Both the position numbers and the translations under genes were made by a program. Shown piece by piece: positions 39,422-48,680 of a DNA stretch of 64,000 nt. Each line of letters starts with the position of its first letter. The first letter of the stretch is position 1. Under the pieces are notes generated by a model. The model did not search any database, was not told the origin of the DNA, and saw nothing but the letters and a program-made list of their open reading frames with translations. The DNA comes from Rhodospirillales bacterium. GTDB lineage: Bacteria > Pseudomonadota > Alphaproteobacteria > JAJFIK01. The DNA is taken from positions 7,620 to 71,619 of the forward strand of contig JAJFIK010000012.1 of assembly GCA_021775005.1 (NCBI GenBank), in the 5' to 3' direction.

Positions 39422-42400
39422 TCAAGAAGCGCACAATTCCGCCCATTCTTTTTCCAGCATTTCTGTGGGCAATTCCATTAGATAGGGCCGGTGGGTCCAA
39501 AGCAACGCCGCCCGAATCGATTTCCCCGGATAGCTGGCTTTGAGAATTTCTCGATAGGCCGCCATCTGCCGCAAATAGGGGCGCGGCACATTTTGGGTTT
39601 CTGTGGGGGCCGGGCGGTTGGTCTTGTAGTCCACAATCCACACGGCCTCATCGGTTACCGCCAGCCGATCTATGCGCCCTTCGATTGTCTCATCTATGCC
39701 GCCAATTGAAACCTTGCCGCTGATGCCAACTTCCGCGCGGGAGTGACCCCCAAACAACACGCTCATGTCCTCATGCTCAAACAGGGCCAAAGTTTCTTGT
39801 GCCAGTTCCTCTTGCTCAGTGGCGTCAAAGTTGTCGGCATATTGGTTGAGATAGACCCGCGCCGCGTTGCCGCGTTTGTCAGCGCTAAGCTCAGGCAAGG
39901 TTTCCATGAGCCGGTGGACCAAGTTGCCGCGGCGGATGGCTTTTTCATTGGCGGCTGTGGGGGCAAAAACTGCGGGGGCATCGGGGGCGTCATCGCCCAT
40001 GGATGATGGCGACAATCGTCTTTGTGGGCGTTCCGGCTCTGCCGGCACTTTGATCCATGATGGCATTTCTTCCAGCGCCACTGTTGCCGCGTCGCTCGAC
40101 GTTTTATCACGGGGAGGCCCGCTGCGTGTACGTTTCAAGCCCTCGCCGGTGGGGGCATCAAAGGCCTCACCAAGATCATCGAGCGCGCTTTGGATCAGCG
40201 TGTGCCAGCTGCCTTTTTGCGGGCCGTGCCTGCCGGCGAAGCCACAGATATAGAGCCGCTCCTTGGCGCGCGTCATGGCGACATACAAAAGCCGCCGATA
40301 CTCTGTTTCGGTGGCGGCGGAATAGGCATCGCGGCTTAATGCGGTAATGGCATCGTCGTCATTTTTGCGAAGACTGAAGAGAAGCAGCTGCGTCGCATCA
40401 AGTTCCGCGTCATCTGCAACAGTAGATTTCAAGAACCCCCGGTCGCTTTGGCCGCGCGGACGCGTGCAGGTATCGGGGCAAAACACGATCTCGCTTTGCA
40501 AACCTTTCGCGCCATGGACGGTCATCACGCGCACTTCTTCAAGGCCTTTGTCCATGTCGCGTTTAATGTCGGTGGTGCTTGCCTCTATGGCATAAAGGAA
40601 CCCTTCCAATGACGGGGGATGCCCTTGCTCGTACCGTAGCGCGTAGGCGAGAAACTCGTCCACCGGGTCTTCGGCGTCGGGCCCCAGGCGGGCCAGCAAT
40701 TTCCCTAAGCCGCCGTCGTCTATGAGGATGCGAGAGAAGAACTCATAGGGCGCCATGAAGTCGGCGCGATCCCGAACCTGGCACAGCCACGCCCAGGCGG
40801 CCTCAAACGCAACGTCTGCTTTGCGATGCTGGGCCAGGGTGGCCCACAAAGTGCCTTCGCGCCCATGCGCGAGGGCAAAGAGCTGTTCTTCGTCAATGCC
40901 CACAAAAGGCGACTTCAAAACCGTTGCCAGGGTCAAGTCATCTGAGGGCAGCAAAGCAAAGCGAGCAACGGCCATCAAATCTTTGACGGCAATATGGGCG
41001 GTGGCCCGAAGGCGGTCTGCGCCAGCCACCGGCACTTTGTGATGCTTGAGGCGACGGATCATATGCTCCATGAACGCACCGCGCTGGCGCACTAAAATCA
41101 TAATGTCGGAGGGGCGAATGGGGCGGCCCGCGCCCTCCAGGACTTCTTTGTTTTCAATCCACCCAGCGATGGTTGCCGCAATGGTGTCTGCCAATTGTCC
41201 GGCGGGGCTTTGCGGCGGAACGGAGTCCACGGGAATGTCCCATGGCACTTCGGGTTCAGTTTCGCGCGCCAAAATGGGCGGCCAAAGCTCTACCAATCCC
41301 GGTGCATTGTTGTGGACGGTAAGGTGTTCAATGGCGCCCATGTCATCTTGGAAGGTGGAAAGCAGCTCCTCAGCGAAAGTGGCATCCACGACCTCAAGTA
41401 TTGGGGCGGCGGAGCGAAACGACAGGATCAAATCCAGCGCTTCGAACGGTTTGCCAACGTCGCTTAAAGCCGAGCTGAAGTAATCGCGCATGGCAGCGAA
41501 CTGGTGCGGGTCTGCTCCTTGAAAGCGGTAGATGGATTGCTTGACGTCGCCAACTGCAAACACCGTGCGGTTCCGCCCTGCGCCTTCTGCGGCACCAAGC
41601 CCCGTCGTCATCTCGTGCGTGAGACGGCGAATGACGCTCCATTGCGACGGGCTTGTGTCCTGGGCCTCGTCCACCAGCACATGATCAATGCCCTGATCGA
41701 GCTTGAAGTGCACCCAACTTGCGCGGCTGGGCGTGAGGAGAGAGCGGGTAAAGCGGATGATGTCAGCAAAATCGAGCACGCCTTCGCGCACTTTGAGCTG
41801 CTCATATTCTTTGATGTAGCCATAGCCGACGATGAAGGCGGCGCGAGACAGGCTGGCAATATTTGCCGCCTTGATCCGCCCATAGGCGAGGACAAGTCGC
41901 TGCTGTTCGTCAGCTAAGATCGGTTCGGCCTCAGGATCAGCCTTGATAGCGGCTTTGGTAATCAGAGTTTTGCGCGGTTGAAATTTCCCCGTGAGAAAAC
42001 AATCGAGATAGTCTGCGAAATGATTGGCTCGATCACCAGCGCGCCAATACGTTTCCATGCGATCAGCCATGGCGACACTGGTGGCTGTACCGTGGCGCAG
42101 GGCCGCAATCGCCCGCCCGATACGGTCTCCATCAACGGTATCGTCCGAAATCACATCAGCTTGCAGCGCCTCACCTGTGTCGCCTGGGGAAAGCCCCAAA
42201 TGACGCCAAAGAAGCGGCCAGAGCTCGTCAGTATTGGCCAAGCGCTCCACTGCGGCTTCAAAGTCTTCTGCCTTGTTAAGAGCGGTAACAAGTAACTCGG
42301 CGTATTGGCCGTCCCCTAATTGGTCGATCAGATAGGTGTGGGCGTCATTGAGGGGTTCATCGCTCCGCTCCGCAATACGTTTGAACAGTTGAATGCGGGC

Positions 42401-42886
42401 GTCGTCACGCAACTCATTTGCCGCGCTATCTTCGATTAGCTTGAAATTCGGATTGATCCGCGCCTCAACAGGAAACCGTGACAGCACGGTCTGGCAAAAC
42501 GCGTGGATGGTTTGAATTTTCAAACCGCCGGGGGTGTCGAGCGCTTGCGCAAAAAGCTGCCGCGCGCGGCGTAGGTCTTCGCTCTCCGCGCGCTCGCCTT
42601 GCAACTCCCGAAGGGCGGCCCGAAGATCATTGTCAGAAAGAAGTGACCACTCACCCAGTTGCTCAAACAGTCTTGTGGTCATCTCCGCCGCGGCGGCGCG
42701 GGTGTAGGTGATGCACAAAATCCGTGACGGGCGCGCACCCGCGAGCAAAAGCCGTGTTACGCGATTCACCAGCACATGGGTTTTGCCGGTGCCCGCATTG
42801 GCGGAGACCCATGCTGATTTCGCCGGATCCGCCGCGCGACGCTGGCGTGCTTTGGTGTCGTCAAGCAGAGACTGTGCTTTAGTCAT
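39422..42886 (-). CDS. addA: Double-strand break repair helicase-nuclease AddA
   Basis: 'VSANAGTGKT', 'LVDEAQDT', 'VGD.KQSIY.FQGA', 'MTVHGAKGL', 'LLYVAMTRA', nuclease 'GRIDRL...VDYKT'. Confidence 0.96.
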   Translation of the reverse strand: MTKAQSLLDDTKARQRRAADPAKSAWVSANAGTGKTHVLVNRVTRLLLAGARPSRILCITYTRAAAAEMTTRLFEQLGEWSLLSDNDLRAALRELQGERAESEDLRRARQLFAQALDTPGGLKIQTIHAFCQTVLSRFPVEARINPNFKLIEDSAANELRDDARIQLFKRIAERSDEPLNDAHTYLIDQLGDGQYAELLVTALNKAEDFEAAVERLANTDELWPLLWRHLGLSPGDTGEALQADVISDDTVDGDRIGRAIAALRHGTATSVAMADRMETYWRAGDRANHFADYLDCFLTGKFQPRKTLITKAAIKADPEAEPILADEQQRLVLAYGRIKAANIASLSRAAFIVGYGYIKEYEQLKVREGVLDFADIIRFTRSLLTPSRASWVHFKLDQGIDHVLVDEAQDTSPSQWSVIRRLTHEMTTGLGAAEGAGRNRTVFAVGDVKQSIYRFQGADPHQFAAMRDYFSSALSDVGKPFEALDLILSFRSAAPILEVVDATFAEELLSTFQDDMGAIEHLTVHNNAPGLVELWPPILARETEPEVPWDIPVDSVPPQSPAGQLADTIAATIAGWIENKEVLEGAGRPIRPSDIMILVRQRGAFMEHMIRRLKHHKVPVAGADRLRATAHIAVKDLMAVARFALLPSDDLTLATVLKSPFVGIDEEQLFALAHGREGTLWATLAQHRKADVAFEAAWAWLCQVRDRADFMAPYEFFSRILIDDGGLGKLLARLGPDAEDPVDEFLAYALRYEQGHPPSLEGFLYAIEASTTDIKRDMDKGLEEVRVMTVHGAKGLQSEIVFCPDTCTRPRGQSDRGFLKSTVADDAELDATQLLLFSLRKNDDDAITALSRDAYSAATETEYRRLLYVAMTRAKERLYICGFAGRHGPQKGSWHTLIQSALDDLGEAFDAPTGEGLKRTRSGPPRDKTSSDAATVALEEMPSWIKVPAEPERPQRRLSPSSMGDDAPDAPAVFAPTAANEKAIRRGNLVHRLMETLPELSADKRGNAARVYLNQYADNFDATEQEELAQETLALFEHEDMSVLFGGHSRAEVGISGKVSIGGIDETIEGRIDRLAVTDEAVWIVDYKTNRPAPTETQNVPRPYLRQMAAYREILKASYPGKSIRAALLWTHRPYLMELPTEMLEKEWAELCAS

Positions 42887-45875
42887 CTGCGCCTCCCTCG
42901 CCGCCGCCCACTACAGACCATTCGAGCCGTCGGGCCAGATGGTCATATTCGCCCCAAGTTGAGACGAACTGCGGGCGCGGTTGAGACGGGTAGGGCCGGT
43001 CTTGCCGTTGAAAACCCTTTACCAAAGCAAGAAAATGTTCAAAGGCATGCTCGGCCCACTCATCGGTTTCCTCAAGGGAGGTGGTCATTTCACGCACTTC
43101 GCCGGGCTCACGGGTGCCCCAAAGCCCGATGTATGTGAGTGCAGAAATCACCTCAGGCACGGGGTCTGAAAACGCGCCGCGCTTGGCCATGGCCGCTTCC
43201 AACGTGACCTGCGGCGCGAGGCCGGTTTCGCACTCCTCAGCTTTGGGCATGCGTCCGGTCTTGTAGTCGATGATGGCACCGCTGCCATCATCGTACATCT
43301 CGATGCGGTCAGCGCGGGCGCGCAAGGTATAGGCGGTGCCGTCCACTTCAAACGAAAGCGCGCCCTTCTGCTCAGTGAGAATTCGCGTCACCCGCTGGCG
43401 CATCTCTTGTTCGCGATCAATGAACCAGGCAGCCATGCGTTCAAACCGCGGCCACCAAAGAACCGCCACCTCCGGCGATGTCTTGAGGGCTTCAAAATGC
43501 ATGCCGCCAATGCGGATCAAGTCGTCGTAAGCACCGTTGCCCAGAGCGCCAGGGTGGGTTTGTACAAACTCTTCCAGAATATTGTGGATCAAGCTGCCGC
43601 GATCTGCGCCACTTAACGGGCGCATCAAGGGCTCAAGCGCTTTTAGCCCCAACACACGCTTGGCATAAAGCCCATAGGGATCGCGAATCCAGGTCTCAAT
43701 TTCAGTTACGCTAAACCGGGTTGGACGCGCGGCGACCGGGGGCCGCGGTTGTGGCGGATCAATCGGTGTCGCGCCACCATCCGGCCTATCCAGTTCATGT
43801 GCCCACTGGGCGTGGGGCAGGAGCAGCGGCGCAATAGAGCGCAGCCCGGTCCCTTTCAGCAATGTTTCCAGGCGAAGCCACCAGCGAGAGGGGACGGCGG
43901 GTTGGCCATCGACCTTTTCCGACCGAGTCAAAATCACCCGAGGTGATGCAGCAAGTTGCGCAAAGTCATGCGCCGACTGGCCAATGCGTCGCTCCGGCGG
44001 GCTTAGTTTTAGCTGCGCACGCATCTGGCGAGAAAGCCATGGATCAAGCCCCGCATCCATAGGCCAGACGGTTTCGGTGAGGCCGCCTAATATCATCACG
44101 TCCGCCTGTTGCAGACGGGCTTCCAACGGCCCCCAAATGAACAGCCTGGGGTGCGCGCCTGCAGGCACACGCACGGAATGCTCCCCCAGCAGCAGTTTCA
44201 ACATGGCGTTGAAATCACTGGCGCTGAGGGATCCAAAGTCATCGGTTGCGGCGCGAAGATCGGTCAAGACACCGCTCAACTTGTCACCGGCGACCCCGCG
44301 CCATAACTCGTCTGTATTGCCGGTCTCGTCGGTGGCCAGTGCAATGGCGCATTCCGTCAATGCCGTGACCCAAAGGGAAAACGGTGCGCCGCCGGATGGC
44401 AGCGCAGATATAGGCGCAAGGGCTGCCTCAAGGTCATCAAGAAGTGCAATGGCAGCGCCCGCCCTGCGCTCGCTCTCCTCAAGCGCTGAGTGCAGGGGTT
44501 CAAAACCGTTCGCCAGTGGCCCCGCACGAAGCGCCTGTATTTCCAAGGCATCCACTGCTTTGCGAAGGGCCGCTCGTGATCGACCAAGGCGCGTGAAGGG
44601 ACTTTTCAGGACGGTGAGCAGGTTAACAGGTGTCCAATCACTTGCTACCGCGTCCATCAGTGCTTCGATGTGGTGGGCAGGCGGTGTTTGGTGCAGGGGC
44701 ACACCGGCGCTATCGTCGATCTCTAACCCAAAACGCCGCGCTTCAGCGATGACGCGGCGCGCAAGAGTGCGGTCCGGGGTCACAAGCGCCGCAGTTTGCC
44801 CCGGCGTTTCCAAGGTTTCGCGAAACAACAACGCTATGGCAATGGCCTCTTCGCCGGAATGCCGCGCCACAAGAAATGAAAGCCCGTCGCATGCCACCTC
44901 AGGATCAATGCTCTTAAGTGCCTCAAGCCACCCATCGGTCGCCGCGCTGGGGCGCAGGGCTTCACTGATCAATATGCGACGCTTCTCGGCCTTGGCGCTT
45001 GTGGCACCAAGAGGTTTGGTATCTTCGCGCGCGGCCTCCAGATGCTTGAGCAGGGCCTTGAGCCCATACTGCGGATGGCTTTCCTCAAGGGCATCCCAGG
45101 TTTCGCGTGCCATAGACGTATCCAGCCCCGGCAGCACGACAGCGCCGTTGGGCAACGCAGCAATAACTTTCAATAGCGCAGCCGTGGCGGGGATGCTGCC
45201 TGTGGATCCGGCGGCAATGACAGGGAAATTGGGCGGCGTGGCGCGCCATTTCTGCGCAAGGGCATCGAGCAATAAATTGCGCCGCGTTGCTGCGTCAACT
45301 TTTCCCCGCGCGGCAAGGTCTGCTGGCCAATAATCGCGAATGATTTCCAGGAACGTCAGGCTGTCTTGCCAATGTGCGGCAAATTCCGCCGGGACGAGGG
45401 CTTCAATTTCCGCAAGCGATACTTGCTCAATGATGGCGGTATCAAGAAAATGCGCCAGGCTTTTGCCCATGGCCAGATCACGTTCGGGGTCTGGGGGGTA
45501 GCCCTGCCTATCAAAGCGTTGTCGCACCAACCGGGCTAATGCAAATGATCGCTCAAGATCAGGGATCGCGGGCGGGATAGCCAAGGCATCCTCGGCAACT
45601 TCACCGGCGCCCTGCAGCACAAGCTCTTCTTCATCCACGTCGCCAATGGGGGCAATGCGCGGCAGGATCAATGTGCTTTGCCCCGCCGCGCGCACTTGGC
45701 GTCCAAAAGCATCAGAAAGGGCGCGAACGGAACGCCGGGTCGGTAACAGGATCAAAACATCCGCTAGGGCAAGGGGGTCATCTGGTTTGGCGAACCGCGC
45801 CAACACCTCGCTCGCCAGCACATCAGTAAAGCTCTGGCCGGACGGGATGGTGGCAAGGCGGGGAAACGATGTCAC
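42879..45875 (-). CDS. addB: Double-strand break repair protein AddB
   Basis: 'LLPTRR', 'AAGSTGSIPATA', 'GPLEARLQ', 'SVTEIETW.RDPY', 'RADRI...IDYKTG'. Confidence 0.95.
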   Translation of the reverse strand: MTSFPRLATIPSGQSFTDVLASEVLARFAKPDDPLALADVLILLPTRRSVRALSDAFGRQVRAAGQSTLILPRIAPIGDVDEEELVLQGAGEVAEDALAIPPAIPDLERSFALARLVRQRFDRQGYPPDPERDLAMGKSLAHFLDTAIIEQVSLAEIEALVPAEFAAHWQDSLTFLEIIRDYWPADLAARGKVDAATRRNLLLDALAQKWRATPPNFPVIAAGSTGSIPATAALLKVIAALPNGAVVLPGLDTSMARETWDALEESHPQYGLKALLKHLEAAREDTKPLGATSAKAEKRRILISEALRPSAATDGWLEALKSIDPEVACDGLSFLVARHSGEEAIAIALLFRETLETPGQTAALVTPDRTLARRVIAEARRFGLEIDDSAGVPLHQTPPAHHIEALMDAVASDWTPVNLLTVLKSPFTRLGRSRAALRKAVDALEIQALRAGPLANGFEPLHSALEESERRAGAAIALLDDLEAALAPISALPSGGAPFSLWVTALTECAIALATDETGNTDELWRGVAGDKLSGVLTDLRAATDDFGSLSASDFNAMLKLLLGEHSVRVPAGAHPRLFIWGPLEARLQQADVMILGGLTETVWPMDAGLDPWLSRQMRAQLKLSPPERRIGQSAHDFAQLAASPRVILTRSEKVDGQPAVPSRWWLRLETLLKGTGLRSIAPLLLPHAQWAHELDRPDGGATPIDPPQPRPPVAARPTRFSVTEIETWIRDPYGLYAKRVLGLKALEPLMRPLSGADRGSLIHNILEEFVQTHPGALGNGAYDDLIRIGGMHFEALKTSPEVAVLWWPRFERMAAWFIDREQEMRQRVTRILTEQKGALSFEVDGTAYTLRARADRIEMYDDGSGAIIDYKTGRMPKAEECETGLAPQVTLEAAMAKRGAFSDPVPEVISALTYIGLWGTREPGEVREMTTSLEETDEWAEHAFEHFLALVKGFQRQDRPYPSQPRPQFVSTWGEYDHLARRLEWSVVGGGEGGADD

Positions 45876-46582
45876 GAGCTCGCCAACATCTTTTCTGCCT
45901 CGGCCAGACCCTCCGGCGAGCCCACATGCATGCCGATGCCGTCATGAACATGGCCGAACAAGCGCTCTGTTGAGATCAGGCGATCCCAAATCAGATTATT
46001 TGAGAACGGCACATCGGGCGTGTCAGCATAAAGCCCCGGCTTGATGAGCTGCACGCCCATCCACGCGAATGGCGCTGTGTCCGCCTCGCCGCGACGGGTG
46101 AGGTGCCCCGCGTCATCACGAAAAAAGTCACCTGGATGCTCAAACCCTGTGGTGCGGTCCATATATGACAATAACATAAGTGCGTCCATGCGCGCCGGAT
46201 CCCACGCCTCCACGAGCCGCGACAGCACATCCGCGCCCTGCCATATAAAGTCTGAATTGTAGGTCATGATGGGATCGCCGCTGAGCAGCGGCCGGGCATG
46301 TTTCACGCCGCCGCCCGTATCGAGCAGCTGTTTTGTTTCATCGGAAATCTGCACGGATACATCGTCACGCTTGGCAAGATGCGCCCGTAGCATCTCGGCG
46401 CGGAAATGCACATTGACCACGATCGAACTAATGCCCGCGTCCTTGATGGCGTCTATCACACGATCAATGAGGGCACGTCCTGCCACATCCACGAGAGGTT
46501 TTGGGCGCTCGGCTGTCAGATGCCGCATGCGCGTGCCAAGCCCTGCTGCCAGCACCATGGCACTTTCAACCTTCGCGGTCAT
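45872..46582 (-). CDS. murU: N-acetylmuramate alpha-1-phosphate uridylyltransferase (MurU-like)
   Basis: 'MVLAAGLGTRMR.LT...PKPL', 'LLDTGGG', 'HVGSPEG'; adjacent to amgK. Confidence 0.8.
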   Translation of the reverse strand: MTAKVESAMVLAAGLGTRMRHLTAERPKPLVDVAGRALIDRVIDAIKDAGISSIVVNVHFRAEMLRAHLAKRDDVSVQISDETKQLLDTGGGVKHARPLLSGDPIMTYNSDFIWQGADVLSRLVEAWDPARMDALMLLSYMDRTTGFEHPGDFFRDDAGHLTRRGEADTAPFAWMGVQLIKPGLYADTPDVPFSNNLIWDRLISTERLFGHVHDGIGMHVGSPEGLAEAEKMLASS

Positions 46583-47706
46583 GGGTGGGCCTCCGCAGCA
46601 AGGCGCGCCAAATAATCGCCGCGATATTTTGCCGGGATGGTGTCATCGAACCATCCGCGCATGGTCGCGAATTCAGTATGCGTGAGATCGGCATCAACAT
46701 AGCGCCACAAGCGCGGGATAAATTTTGGATATTGCGGTTTGCCATCGCGCTTCCAAAGGCGCGCAAAAATCCCCAGTATCTTTGTGTTTCGCTGCAAGCC
46801 GAGCAAACCATATGCAAATCGAAATCTGTCTTCGTCAAAGCCCGCGTTTGCTTTGGCACCTGCGATGTAGCGATCAAGCATGACGTCAGCAAGCGGCGCT
46901 GGCACATCCCGGCGTGCATCTTCAAGCAGTGAAACAAGATCATAAGCGGCATGACCGCGAAGACCGTCCTGAAAGTCCAAAAGCCCGACCCGCGCGGCGC
47001 CTGCGCGTTTCGGCAACCACAACAGATTGTCTGCGTGGTAGTCGCGTAGCACCAAAACATCTGGCGCGGGCAGCTGGCCTAACAACGTTCCCCAGATCGA
47101 TTGCAGCTCTTGCGCGGCGGCAGTGTCATCAATACCTGCGGCCGGTAGATACCATTCCACCAGAAGCCCAATTTCTTCGCGCATGGCGACATCATCATAG
47201 CTGAGCAGTGCGACCGGCGCAGTGTCGCGCGCGGGTAATTGATCGGGGGGTGTCTCTTCGTGGAGCGCAAGCAACGTATCGATGGCGGCTTCGTATAGTG
47301 GTTGCGCGTTCTGGCCTGCGGAAAACTCGCGATTAAAAATGCTGTCGCCCAGGTCTTCCAGCAGCATTAGCCCATTTGCAAAATCGACAGCATAGATTTG
47401 CGGTGCGCTCAGTCCGCGCGAGGTGAGGTAGTCCGCGATAGCCACAAAAGGTCTTAAGTCCGGACCAGCCAGGCGGGCCAATGCGTTGTAGCCAAGGCTT
47501 CGCCGTGTTGCCTCGTCTGCATCGGGCGGACAGGGCGGGGCTTCTGCTGCCGGGGGGGCATCCATGAGAACCGCCCCTTTCTGACCCAGCGCCACACGCT
47601 CATAGGCCCGCGTGGAGGCATCAACCGCCAGCGGTTTGCGTATGGCCCCGGCCCAACCAGCTTGCGCCAGAAAGTCGTCTATCTGACGGTCTCTCTCAGA
47701 GCTCAT
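46579..47706 (-). CDS. amgK: Anomeric MurNAc/GlcNAc kinase (AmgK-like, APH family)
   Basis: 'DASTRAYER', 'LMDAPP', 'LLEDLGD', 'LRDYHADNLLW', 'LDFQD', 'QRN.KILGIFARL..RDGK'. Confidence 0.8.
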   Translation of the reverse strand: MSSERDRQIDDFLAQAGWAGAIRKPLAVDASTRAYERVALGQKGAVLMDAPPAAEAPPCPPDADEATRRSLGYNALARLAGPDLRPFVAIADYLTSRGLSAPQIYAVDFANGLMLLEDLGDSIFNREFSAGQNAQPLYEAAIDTLLALHEETPPDQLPARDTAPVALLSYDDVAMREEIGLLVEWYLPAAGIDDTAAAQELQSIWGTLLGQLPAPDVLVLRDYHADNLLWLPKRAGAARVGLLDFQDGLRGHAAYDLVSLLEDARRDVPAPLADVMLDRYIAGAKANAGFDEDRFRFAYGLLGLQRNTKILGIFARLWKRDGKPQYPKFIPRLWRYVDADLTHTEFATMRGWFDDTIPAKYRGDYLARLAAEAHP

Positions 47707-48178
47707 GCAAGCGTCCATCCCAATTGCCCATGCGTTCAATGGTGACCCGGCGTGTGCCCTCGGAATCGCCAAAACTAAGGGTGACGTCTATGCGCCTTGC
47801 GGGCAACAGGGCACCGGCATGTTCCGGCCATTCCACCAGCGCAATGGCGTCGGCCAAGGCGTCGTCCCAGCCCATCTCCACAAGCTCAGAGGGGTCCTCT
47901 ACGCGATAGAGATCAAAATGAGCAATAGGGGCGGCGGCGTCATCATAGGTCTGAAGCAGGGTAAACGTTGGGCTCGGCACAGCTTCATCGGGGTGACCCA
48001 GCCGGGCGCGGATCAACGCCCGCGCCAAGGTGGTTTTGCCCGCCCCCAAGTCACCACGAAGTGCGACCAAATCGCCGACTTGGAGGTGGGTGCCCAGCGC
48101 CGCGGCAAGAGTGGCCGTCGCTGCCTCACTGTCGCAGATTTGTTCAAGAATAAGGTGGCGCTGGGGGGTTGTCGTCAT
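47696..48178 (-). CDS. tsaE: tRNA t6A biosynthesis ATPase TsaE
   Basis: 'LRGDLGAGKTT', 'VPSPTFTL', 'HFDLYR', 'LVEWP'. Confidence 0.95.
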   Translation of the reverse strand: MTTTPQRHLILEQICDSEAATATLAAALGTHLQVGDLVALRGDLGAGKTTLARALIRARLGHPDEAVPSPTFTLLQTYDDAAAPIAHFDLYRVEDPSELVEMGWDDALADAIALVEWPEHAGALLPARRIDVTLSFGDSEGTRRVTIERMGNWDGRLHEL

Positions 48179-48347
48179 AAGACCAGTTAGCCTTGGGCGG
48201 GTCCGGGAGACAAGTCGAGAGCGGCAATTTTTCAAGGCCCGTCCTAGGGTCTTGCGAACGATGGTGGTTTTGTGAAACACAAGAGCCCACCGACAAAGGG
48301 GCTATCTGCCTCAATGCATTCACATCAAGGGTCAGGGCCGCAGCAAC

Positions 48348-48668
48348 ATGCCGAAAATCACCTATATCGAAAATGATGGAACTGAGCACGTGGTGGATGT
48401 GCCTGAGGGCTGGACGGTGATGGAAGGTGCGGTGAAGAACATGGTCCCGGGCATTGATGCGGACTGCGGCGGGGCCTGCGCCTGCGCCACCTGTCATGTC
48501 TATGTGGATCCGGCTTTTGCGGAAAAAACCGGCAAGGCTGAGGGCATGGAAACCTCCATGCTCGACTTTGCTGAGGACGTGAAAGACAACTCCCGTCTGT
48601 CGTGTCAAATCACAGTGTCAGCTGATCTTGATGGCCTGACCGTGCGGATGCCGAAAAGCCAACACTAG
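48348..48668 (+). CDS. 2Fe-2S ferredoxin (adrenodoxin/putidaredoxin type)
   Basis: '[16 protein letters not shown]...SRLSCQI'. Confidence 0.95.
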   Translation: MPKITYIENDGTEHVVDVPEGWTVMEGAVKNMVPGIDADCGGACACATCHVYVDPAFAEKTGKAEGMETSMLDFAEDVKDNSRLSCQITVSADLDGLTVRMPKSQH

Positions 48669-48680
48669 CCGGGCGTAGAA

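Noticed and set aside
43984-45333. 449-aa + strand ORF, and similar long antisense ORFs at 23311-24276, 36132-37124 and 30628-31434
   Set aside because: Each lies opposite well-supported genes (addB, tamB, trpA/accD, rpsA) and has no motifs; expected from high-GC codon bias.
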